A DNA stretch of 64,000 nt. Origin: Minisyncoccota bacterium (GTDB lineage Bacteria > Patescibacteriota > Minisyncoccia > Phycocordibacterales > JAACPR01). A program made the translations under genes and the position numbers. Positions 50,958-58,169 of this stretch are shown in pieces (position 1 is the first letter of the stretch; each line of letters starts with the position of its first letter). Below the pieces are notes generated by a model. It did not search any database. It saw only the letters and a program-made list of their open reading frames with translations, and was not told the origin of the DNA. The DNA is taken from contig JBAYWG010000001.1 of NCBI GenBank assembly GCA_041674225.1, positions 38,501 to 102,500 of the forward strand, in the 5' to 3' direction.

Positions 50958-52466
50958 ATGGAAACAGAAACTCAGAAAACGGCAAAAAGACCGCCAGTTG
51001 TGGCAATACTTGGACATATCGACCATGGTAAATCTACCCTGCTTGACTATATTCGAAAATCTAACGTAGTTGCAAAAGAGGCCGGAGGTATTACTCAACA
51101 TATCAGTACTTACGAAATAACTCACAAAGACGAGGAACACGGAGAACAAAAAATAACTTTTATTGACACCCCAGGTCACGAAGCATTCTGCGATGTGCGG
51201 TCTAGAGGAGCTGGAATTGCTGACATCGCGATTTTAATCGTGTCTGCAGAAGACGGTGTAATGCCACAAACAGTTGAAGCAATTAATTGCATCAAAAACG
51301 ACAATGTTCCTTTTATAGTAGCAATAAATAAAATGGACTCTCCTCGCGCAGACATCGATAGAACAAAATCTGCTTTAGTTGAAAACGAAGTTTATATCGA
51401 AGGATACGGTGGAGATATTCCTGTTGTGCCTATTTCAGCGAAGACTGGTGAAGGTGTCAATGAACTACTCTCAATGATTCTTTTAGTTGCAGAGATCGAA
51501 GAGCTGAAAATGGATGTCACAAAGAAAGCATCCGGAATTGTTGTAGAAGCAAACAAAGACGAAAAAAGAGGAATCAGTGCAACAGTGATAATCAAAGACG
51601 GTAGTTTAAAGATTGGAGATTTTGTCGCAGGACACACTTCAATGTCACCAGTGAGAAGCCTCGAAGACACTTCTGGAAATAAGTTCAAAGAAGTTCAAGC
51701 TTCATTGCCTATCGTGATTTATGGTTGGACCTCCCTACCCCCTGTTGGAAGTATAGTTGAAGCTTTTGAAACAAAAAAAGAAGCCGAGGATTATTGCAAA
51801 AATTGTTCTGCTCAAACAGTGGATGTGCCTCAAGAAAAAAATATTCAAAGTAAAGCAGACTTAGCTGTGATTCCAATTATCATTAAAACTGATGTTTCAG
51901 GAACGGGTGAAGCAATTAAATTTGAATTAAATAAAATTGAAACAGAAAGAGTAAAATTTCATATTCTAGAAAACACTACTGGAGTAATTGGTGAATCAGA
52001 TATGAAAAAAGCTCTTTCAGATGCACAAACAATTGTTGTAGGTATGGGAGTTGGTATCGATCCACGAGCAGAAGCTCTACGAGAGAGAAACGGTACAATT
52101 GTGATGACTTTTAAAATCATTTATGAATTAGTAGATTGGTTGAAAAAAGTTATCAATGAAAGAACTCCTAAAGTTATGGTGGAAGAAATTGTTGGCGATG
52201 TAAAAGTGTTAGCAATTTTTAATCAAACAAAGAAAAATCAAGTGCTTGGAGGAAAAGTAACTACTGGAGTAATCTCTTTGGGAAATACAGTAAACATTTT
52301 GAGACGAGGAGAAAAAATTGGTTCAGGAATAATTAAAGAACTTCAACAACAAAGAGTTGCAACAAAACAAGTTCAAGAAGGAAATGAATTTGGCACATCA
52401 ATCGCATCAGAAACAGAAATAGCACAAGGCGACACACTGGAAGTTATTACTAAAATTGAAAAATAA
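50958..52466 (+). CDS. infB: Translation initiation factor IF-2 (short form: G domain plus C-terminal domains only)
   Basis: It has G1 GHIDHGKST, G3 DTPGHEAF and G4 NKMD. The protein is 502 aa and is followed directly by rbfA. Confidence 0.9.
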   Translation: METETQKTAKRPPVVAILGHIDHGKSTLLDYIRKSNVVAKEAGGITQHISTYEITHKDEEHGEQKITFIDTPGHEAFCDVRSRGAGIADIAILIVSAEDGVMPQTVEAINCIKNDNVPFIVAINKMDSPRADIDRTKSALVENEVYIEGYGGDIPVVPISAKTGEGVNELLSMILLVAEIEELKMDVTKKASGIVVEANKDEKRGISATVIIKDGSLKIGDFVAGHTSMSPVRSLEDTSGNKFKEVQASLPIVIYGWTSLPPVGSIVEAFETKKEAEDYCKNCSAQTVDVPQEKNIQSKADLAVIPIIIKTDVSGTGEAIKFELNKIETERVKFHILENTTGVIGESDMKKALSDAQTIVVGMGVGIDPRAEALRERNGTIVMTFKIIYELVDWLKKVINERTPKVMVEEIVGDVKVLAIFNQTKKNQVLGGKVTTGVISLGNTVNILRRGEKIGSGIIKELQQQRVATKQVQEGNEFGTSIASETEIAQGDTLEVITKIEK

Positions 52467-52794
52467 TATGTCTGAACACCGACTAGAAAAAGTAAGCAAT
52501 ACAATAAAAGAGCTTTTAGGAGCTTTCATCGAGGAAAATTCAAATCGTCAATCGATGATTACCATCACAAACATCTTCCTTACAAGTGACTTTAAAAGAG
52601 TTACTATTTTTGTTACAGTATTCCCTGAACACAGCGAAAATGCTGGTTTAGATTTTTTGAAGCGTCAAAGAAGCGAAGCCAAAATGTATTTAAAGAAAAA
52701 GTCTCGTTTAGGCAGAATTCCCTTTATTGATTTTGAACTCGATAAAGGAGAGAAAGCTCGACAAAGATTGGACGAAATTTCAAAAGATTTGTAA
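52456..52794 (+). CDS. rbfA: Ribosome-binding factor A
   Basis: RLEKVSNTIKELLGAFIEE matches the RbfA N-terminus. The infB-rbfA order is canonical. Confidence 0.8.
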   Translation: MKNNMSEHRLEKVSNTIKELLGAFIEENSNRQSMITITNIFLTSDFKRVTIFVTVFPEHSENAGLDFLKRQRSEAKMYLKKKSRLGRIPFIDFELDKGEKARQRLDEISKDL

Positions 52795-52805
52795 TCTTAG
52801 ATTAA

Positions 52806-52877
52806 GGCGTGGTGGTGAAGAGGTAACACCGGAGTTTGCAAAACTTCTATGCGCAGGTTCGATTCCTGTCCACGCCT
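52806..52877 (+). tRNA. tRNA-Cys (anticodon GCA)
   Basis: Acceptor ggcgtgg/ccacgcc, anticodon stem ggagt/acttc and loop ttGCAaa; the molecule is 72 nt. Confidence 0.8.
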
Positions 52878-52899
52878 CAAGGTTGATTAACAACCGAAT

Positions 52900-52981
52900 G
52901 CCCGGATGGCGGAATTGGTAGACGCCCTCGACTTAAGATCGAGTATCGTAAGGTGTGTGGGTTCGAGTCCCGCTCCGGGCA
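52900..52981 (+). tRNA. tRNA-Leu (anticodon TAA)
   Basis: Acceptor gcccgga/tccgggc, anticodon stem ctcga/tcgag, loop ctTAAga, a long variable arm and the T-loop ttcgagt. Confidence 0.85.
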
Positions 52982-53004
52982 CAAGCTGATTTTTTCAGTG
53001 ATAT

Positions 53005-53077
53005 CCGCCTATAGCTCAGCTGGTAGAGCAGTCGCCTCTTAAGCGAACGGTCGTAGGTCCGAGTCCTACTAGGCGGA
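53005..53077 (+). tRNA. tRNA-Lys (anticodon CTT)
   Basis: Acceptor ccgccta/taggcgg, D-arm agctcagctggtagagc, anticodon stem tcgc/gcga with loop ctCTTaa, and T-arm gtagg-tccgagt-cctac. Confidence 0.8.
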
Positions 53078-53239
53078 CAAGCGAGCAAATAAGGAAGTGT
53101 GTTTTACATTTCCTTATTTGCGAGCGCGGACGCCTTGCACGAAGTTCAGGCGGACAAGCGAGCAAATAAGGAAGTGTGTTTTACATTTCCTTATTTGCGA
53201 GCGCGGACGCCTTGCACGAAGTTCAGGCGGACAAGCGAG
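53072..53239 (+). repeat. 77-bp direct tandem repeat (2.2 copies) that begins with the last 6 nt of tRNA-Lys; each unit contains a 15-bp palindromic hairpin
   Basis: Units start at 53072, 53149 and 53226. The third unit is truncated after ggcggacaagcgag. Each unit carries gcaaataaggaagtgt-gtttt-acatttccttatttgc. Confidence 0.85.
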
Positions 53240-53293
53240 TGAAATATGTACAAGCACTGGCGCATTTTATTTTAACTGATAAAATCGCTACAT

Positions 53294-53375
53294 GCCGAGA
53301 TGGCGAAATTGGTAGACGCACTTGCCTTAGGAGCAAGCGGGGTGACCCATGGAGGTTCGAGTCCTCTTCTCGGCA
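53294..53375 (+). tRNA. tRNA-Leu (anticodon TAG)
   Basis: Acceptor gccgaga/tctcggc, anticodon stem cttgc/gcaag, loop ctTAGga, a long variable arm and the T-loop ttcgagt. Confidence 0.85.
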
Positions 53376-53410
53376 CAAATATATACAAATTACATCCAAA
53401 TATTTTCAAA

Positions 53411-53446
53411 GCAAAAAGTGGCTCTGCAGAGCCACTTTTTGCTTTT
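53411..53446 (+). terminator. Intrinsic terminator after the tRNA cluster
   Basis: gcaaaaagtggctc-tgca-gagccactttttgc is followed by TTTT. Confidence 0.5.
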
Positions 53447-53482
53447 AACTCCCCTACTACCTTTTTATCTTATGATTGACTT

Positions 53483-54652
53483 TTGGTAAAAAATGTGCTA
53501 ATATATACACAAATTAAAACGTGCTCAATGTGTATTGAGCCGTGTGGCTCTTTCACAGGTCGAATGACCATGCGCGAAAAACTTACAGAAAAAATGATAT
53601 TCACTACATCTGAACAAGTTCGTGAACACTTGAAAAAAGTTTCACTAAAGCCAGAGTACTCTATTCTGGTTTTGATATCTATATCAGGAATCATTTCATG
53701 GGTAGCATCAATGGTGATCGCCTATTTTTATGAAATGTCCTTTTATGGAGTACTGCCAGGAACAATGTTCTTGGCAATAACCACAATGATCGTCTTCGTA
53801 CTTCTCCCTTTGGGAAAAATACAAATCAAGATGGGTCACAAAGGTATCCCAACTTTCTTGGACAAAAGGCGTTTCGAAGAAAGATATCCTAGAGCAGAGC
53901 TTTGCATACTTGAGGAAGGCACTCACTGGGGAATACCTGGTCTATGTGGAGCTATCAGTGTCAGTTTCGAAGAAGATTCAATTTCCATCGAGAAAGCGAT
54001 TGCAAAAGTACCGATCGATCCAGTACACAAAACTGGAAAATTCAAAACGGCTACTTTTGTTGATATTGAGTTTTCAGAAGGAAAGTTGCAATTCATGGTA
54101 TCTGATCCCTATGCATTTACCAACGTTGGAGCTGCTGGACTGAAGGAGGATTTAACTTCTGCAATAGGAGAAGCAATTCGAGACTTTGCCATAACGACAA
54201 CCACAAAGGCTGTTTATGAGGCGGGTGTAAACGGATTTATCCTTGATAACATCAAGCAGCGTAAGACAGATGGGGTTAGACTAGATACGGAACGATGGGG
54301 TATTCTGCCATTGGCAGCCTTTTTTCCTAAAATAGATCCAGAAAACCCGAAAGTTAAGGAAGCTCTCGAGGGACAGTATTTGGAAGCTTTGAATAAAATC
54401 AAAGAGGTTTCTGAAGCTCAAACTCTGGCAGAAATATTCAGAAAACTCAAAGGTGCTGCTAAAGGTGCATCGGATGAGTTTGTCATGAGTGTCGCAATAA
54501 GAATTGTGGAAGACCTGACTAAGATCGGACAAGATGTGTTTATTCACAACCACGGCTCGGCTGGAAACGGCTCAGTTGATGGAGCTTTGTTCGGAATTGG
54601 TGCAGCTGTACTTAACCAAAGCAATCAAAACAGAGGAGGAACTCCAACATGA
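53483..54652 (+). CDS. Membrane-anchored protein, possibly SPFH/band-7-like (real start probably the MTMREK Met near 53569)
   Basis: Two N-terminal TM helices are followed by a soluble domain. Its segment FMVSDPYAFTNVGAAGLKEDLTSAIGEAIRDFAITTTTKAVYEAG resembles the SPFH core. This is a tentative call. Confidence 0.4.
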   Translation: MVKNVLIYTQIKTCSMCIEPCGSFTGRMTMREKLTEKMIFTTSEQVREHLKKVSLKPEYSILVLISISGIISWVASMVIAYFYEMSFYGVLPGTMFLAITTMIVFVLLPLGKIQIKMGHKGIPTFLDKRRFEERYPRAELCILEEGTHWGIPGLCGAISVSFEEDSISIEKAIAKVPIDPVHKTGKFKTATFVDIEFSEGKLQFMVSDPYAFTNVGAAGLKEDLTSAIGEAIRDFAITTTTKAVYEAGVNGFILDNIKQRKTDGVRLDTERWGILPLAAFFPKIDPENPKVKEALEGQYLEALNKIKEVSEAQTLAEIFRKLKGAAKGASDEFVMSVAIRIVEDLTKIGQDVFIHNHGSAGNGSVDGALFGIGAAVLNQSNQNRGGTPT

Positions 54653-55152
54653 TTGAACCTGAAGTAATTAAAACAAAAGGAATATCTCTAAAAGGTATTA
54701 TCTATTTTGTCGTAGGAGTTGTGATAGTCTTCTTCATTCTTGCTTGGACTTCGTCCTGCAAGAAAGGGGTTGAAGCACCTAAGCCTCCTAAAAAAGTGCT
54801 CGGAGAGGTGAGAACTGAAACGTTCACACTTCTTCCGGGAAAATCCATCGTCTTCTCGACAGTGGATGAAAAAACGGGTTTGCTCTGCAACTACATTCCA
54901 ATCTGGGATACGTGGACAGAAAAGTCTGAGCTTCGCCACACCACCCACAAGCGGTTTGGTCAGGACGGTGTTGGTAGTCTGGACTTGGCGGGATATTTAT
55001 TCCCCAAAGACAGAAGTACCTTCATCAAAGGTGACTCCGATCCTATCAATGACACCATTCACTATGTGATGGTAGAGAACATAGGACCTGACACGGTAAC
55101 GTTTACCGTAAGGTTCATAGGATGGCGGTTACCCCCCATCAAACCACTGTAA
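54649..55152 (+). CDS. Hypothetical membrane-anchored protein with a beta-rich C-terminal domain
   Basis: Its start overlaps the upstream stop (ATGA). It has an N-terminal TM helix and a downstream terminator. Confidence 0.45.
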   Translation: MIEPEVIKTKGISLKGIIYFVVGVVIVFFILAWTSSCKKGVEAPKPPKKVLGEVRTETFTLLPGKSIVFSTVDEKTGLLCNYIPIWDTWTEKSELRHTTHKRFGQDGVGSLDLAGYLFPKDRSTFIKGDSDPINDTIHYVMVENIGPDTVTFTVRFIGWRLPPIKPL

Positions 55153-55174
55153 GTGCTTCGCGCACAATAACCAA

Positions 55175-55211
55175 AAGACCCGGATCGCTTGCGCGGCCCG
55201 GGTCTTTTTTT
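55175..55211 (+). terminator. Strong intrinsic terminator
   Basis: aagacccgg-atcgcttgcgcg-gcccgggtctt is followed by TTTTTTT. Confidence 0.6.
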
Positions 55212-55253
55212 CTTTATCTTTCTGTTAGTTTTACTAGTTTTTCAATCCGATTT

Positions 55254-55499
55254 TTAAGCTCCAAAAATAGATTTCTTAAAAGCTTCCAGGATTGCAACTG
55301 CCGACAACATAATAAATATTCCTACTAATCCCCACAACATATGCTTAGCACCTTCTTCTCTTTTTCCTGGTTCATCTGCTCCGCGTATGTATTGAGCGAT
55401 ACCCCAAACAAATATCAGAATAGCAAAACCAAACAATAATGTTATCGTCGGGTCTAAAATTACTTCGGCTATTTTTTTTACTAGTCCAGATGCATCCAT
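55254..55499 (-). CDS. Small two-TM protein, VirB2/TrbC-like pilin paralog 1
   Basis: The 81-aa ORF shows TM1 ...FGFAILIFVWGIAQY, a charged loop, then HMLWGLVGIFIMLSAV. This shared module is found in all six genes of the array. Confidence 0.5.
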   Translation of the reverse strand: MDASGLVKKIAEVILDPTITLLFGFAILIFVWGIAQYIRGADEPGKREEGAKHMLWGLVGIFIMLSAVAILEAFKKSIFGA

Positions 55500-55514
55500 T
55501 TTTCTAAACTTTTA

Positions 55515-55901
55515 TTATCCTTGAACTTTTGGAATAGCTGGAGCTGTAGGTGTGCTTGTATTTAATTCTAGAGAGTCTCTCAAGATATTTACAAGTCCCC
55601 ATACAGATACCATCACAAACAATGCAATGATTCCCCAAAGCATGAAAGTTCGTCCTTCAGCTTTTCCAGCATCACTTGAATTCAAAACGTATTTCAAAAC
55701 TCCCCATAGGAATACAAGTACTCCAAGTCCGATAACGATAGGAATCAAAGCTTGAACAATTCCTCCTAACATTCCGATAAGTTTTTTTATACCTTCATCC
55801 CCACCTCCTTGTTGTGGCAATTGTTGAGCCAAAGTGATTACAGGTAATGCAAATGCAAATGCAATTACAGAAAGTCCTTTTACACTACTAATTTTTTTCA
55901 T
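55515..55901 (-). CDS. Signal-peptide plus two-TM protein, pilin-like paralog 2
   Basis: The 128-aa ORF has a signal peptide followed by LIPIVIGLGVLVFLWGVLKY, an SSDAGK loop and FMLWGIIALFVMVSVWG. Confidence 0.5.
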   Translation of the reverse strand: MKKISSVKGLSVIAFAFALPVITLAQQLPQQGGGDEGIKKLIGMLGGIVQALIPIVIGLGVLVFLWGVLKYVLNSSDAGKAEGRTFMLWGIIALFVMVSVWGLVNILRDSLELNTSTPTAPAIPKVQG

Positions 55902-56008
55902 AATTAAATTATTATTTTTATTTACAATAAACCGGATATAACGGTATGAATAAATTATAGCACTTAAAAAACTAATAAAACTAATACCAGCGAGAGCTGT
56001 GGAATATT

Positions 56009-56308
56009 TTATTTTCCAGCGGCTTCGGCACTTTTAAACTGCGGTATATTTAATCCTGATTCATCCAACAAAGATTTTTGCAGAAGTAGAACCAGACCCC
56101 ACACCGCAATCAAAACAAATAGAGCAACTAGTCCATAAGTTATTGTTTGAACACTCTCCGTTCTTTTTGAAGCGTTATCACTATGTGTTAAATATTTCAC
56201 AATCCCAAACAAGAAAAAGAATAAGGCTACTGCAGCACCTAATCCTGTAAGGTTTTGTATTATTACTAAAATATTTTCTACAATTGTTGCGTATGATATG
56301 TCTTTCAT
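56009..56308 (-). CDS. Two-TM protein, pilin-like paralog 3
   Basis: The 99-aa ORF shows LFFFLFGIVKY, a HSDNASK loop and ITYGLVALFVLIAVWG. Confidence 0.5.
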   Translation of the reverse strand: MKDISYATIVENILVIIQNLTGLGAAVALFFFLFGIVKYLTHSDNASKRTESVQTITYGLVALFVLIAVWGLVLLLQKSLLDESGLNIPQFKSAEAAGK

Positions 56309-56312
56309 AAAA

Positions 56313-57377
56313 TTATTGTATAATTAAAGAGTCTATTGGTATATTCTGTTTACCGAGTGTTGGTTGCTGCTCTAAATTGATCCCGACAGTATCACCAATC
56401 ATTTTTGTAAATCCCCAAACACCAGCCAAAACTAATAGTAGTATAATTCCCCAGGTCATGTAAGCAACAGCTTCCCCTTTTTTCTTTGCATTTTCTGTAG
56501 TGGTGTATTTAAAGACTCCCCACAGAAACAGGAATATTCCAATTGTCACCAAAAGAGGTAGAGCAGTTTGGACTATATCCATTAATTTTATAATAGAAGT
56601 ATTTATACCAGCTCCACCGGCAGAATTAGTCTGTGTGGGCGGGTCAATTGTAGGTTTTGTCGTAAGATCTTCGACTGCTTCACCTGAGCTCCCTGGTTCA
56701 GCCGGATTTGTATCGCTGAAAATTGTTTGTTGCAAAATAACCACAAATCCCCAAACAAAAACCATCACCGTAATAGCGACGATTCCCCAAGTCATAAAAC
56801 TTCTCGCTAACTCTTTGTTTTTGGCATCCGTAGAAAATGCATAGCGCAAAACTCCAAAAAGAAACAACAGAACAGCAAGCAAAATTACAATCGGTATAAC
56901 ATCCGCAACAATATCTCCAACTATTTTCAATCTATCCAAAATTGGTGTACCCCCAGATAATCCAGAGCCCTCTGATTTTGGAATTTCTTTCAATCCAGCA
57001 ACTTCTTTTTCAGGAGCACGACTATTATCAGTCCCTCCTAAAAATGCATCTTGTAACAAAAACACAATTCCCCAAATAGAAACCATGACAAAAAGAGAAA
57101 TAATTCCCCAAGTCATAAATCCTATTGATTCCTTTTTACTTTTCGGATCAGGAGAAGAAAGATATTTCAAAATTCCCCACAGAAATACGAGTAAACCAAG
57201 ACCAATAACAATCGGGATCAACCTTTGTACAGCATCAGCAATAGTTTCCAAAATTTCTGTAGCTGTTTTACCAGAAGAACCACCTACCCCTGCATCAGCT
57301 GGATTTTGAGCAAATGAAATTAAAGGTAGTAGTAGTCCAGCGAGAGTAAAAATTGTTTTTTGAATAATTTTTATCAT
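56313..57377 (-). CDS. Triple tandem fusion of the pilin-like two-TM module (354 aa, signal peptide)
   Basis: The LIPIVIGL...FLWGILKY...SxDxKxK...FMTWGII...VWG unit occurs three times, separated by Gly/Pro/Ser-rich linkers. Confidence 0.55.
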   Translation of the reverse strand: MIKIIQKTIFTLAGLLLPLISFAQNPADAGVGGSSGKTATEILETIADAVQRLIPIVIGLGLLVFLWGILKYLSSPDPKSKKESIGFMTWGIISLFVMVSIWGIVFLLQDAFLGGTDNSRAPEKEVAGLKEIPKSEGSGLSGGTPILDRLKIVGDIVADVIPIVILLAVLLFLFGVLRYAFSTDAKNKELARSFMTWGIVAITVMVFVWGFVVILQQTIFSDTNPAEPGSSGEAVEDLTTKPTIDPPTQTNSAGGAGINTSIIKLMDIVQTALPLLVTIGIFLFLWGVFKYTTTENAKKKGEAVAYMTWGIILLLVLAGVWGFTKMIGDTVGINLEQQPTLGKQNIPIDSLIIQ

Positions 57378-57381
57378 TTTT

Positions 57382-57747
57382 TTATCCAGAAATTTGTTTT
57401 ACAGTATTGTCTATCACTCGACTCAAAACATGAGCTCCTAAAATAACCATACCTCCAACAATTACCCAGAAGAAAGTTTGTTTTGCTTTTTGCAATTCAC
57501 TTTCATTTCCTTGAGCTTTAACAAAAAGAAATCCAGCATAGATAAGAAAGAACACTGCGATAATTGCACCGAACTCTACAACCACTTTAAGAAACTTTTC
57601 CACCAACTGTTTTAGATCTGTCGATTTGATTGGATTCGGAAAATTGATTGTTTCTGCATGTGCAGATGAAAAAATTACAAAGTTCATGAATATTGAGGTA
57701 AATAACCCTGATGTAATGTATGTAATTTTTTTAATTTTATTTTTCAT
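57382..57747 (-). CDS. Signal-peptide plus two-TM protein, divergent pilin-like paralog 5
   Basis: The 121-aa ORF shows AIIAVFFLIYAGFLFV, a QGNESELQKAK loop and FFWVIVGGMVILGAHV. Confidence 0.45.
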   Translation of the reverse strand: MKNKIKKITYITSGLFTSIFMNFVIFSSAHAETINFPNPIKSTDLKQLVEKFLKVVVEFGAIIAVFFLIYAGFLFVKAQGNESELQKAKQTFFWVIVGGMVILGAHVLSRVIDNTVKQISG

Positions 57748-57755
57748 AAATGTAA

Positions 57756-58169
57756 TTAAAATCCTGTTGGTAAAAATGTTTTATCTACCTCTAATGTCTT
57801 TGTGATTGCCTGCACTATAAGCCAACCAGCAGAAGCTAGGAAAAATCCAATCACAACATTTTGCAAAATTCTATGTGCTGTTTGTATTTTACCAGTATCC
57901 CCAGCTGCTGTTAAATATAATCCACCTGCATACACAATAAATATTACAGATACAAGTACGGCAAGTTGCAAGGCGTAATCTTTGACTTTGTTAATCATTT
58001 CTTTAAAAGCATTCCAATCACAGCTTTTTACATCATTACAGTTTACCAAAGGATTATTTGCATTCACTTGAGTTCCGGAACCAGATTGAGCCGAAACCAC
58101 AAATGGCACAGTCATGATCAAAATCACCGCGAGAATAGTTAGATTTGAAATTAGTTTTGATTTAATCAT
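57756..58169 (-). CDS. Signal-peptide plus two-TM protein, divergent pilin-like paralog 6
   Basis: The 137-aa ORF shows LAVLVSVIFIVYAGGLYL, an AAGDTGK loop and ILQNVVIGFFLASAGW. Its stop overlaps the start of the SBP gene. Confidence 0.45.
   Translation of the reverse strand: MIKSKLISNLTILAVILIMTVPFVVSAQSGSGTQVNANNPLVNCNDVKSCDWNAFKEMINKVKDYALQLAVLVSVIFIVYAGGLYLTAAGDTGKIQTAHRILQNVVIGFFLASAGWLIVQAITKTLEVDKTFLPTGF

Noticed and set aside
52727-52921. 64-aa ORF overlapping the rbfA end, tRNA-Cys and the start of tRNA-Leu
   Set aside because: It reads straight through two tRNA genes, which makes it a spurious frame.
53072-53239. Possible CRISPR array
   Set aside because: There are only 2.2 copies of a 77-bp unit with no unique spacers between them, and the unit is seeded by a tRNA 3' end. 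It is not CRISPR-like.
53097-53279. 60-aa ORF in the six-frame track
   Set aside because: It lies entirely within the 77-bp tandem repeat between tRNA-Lys and tRNA-Leu. Its sequence is repeat-derived and it has no start or RBS context.
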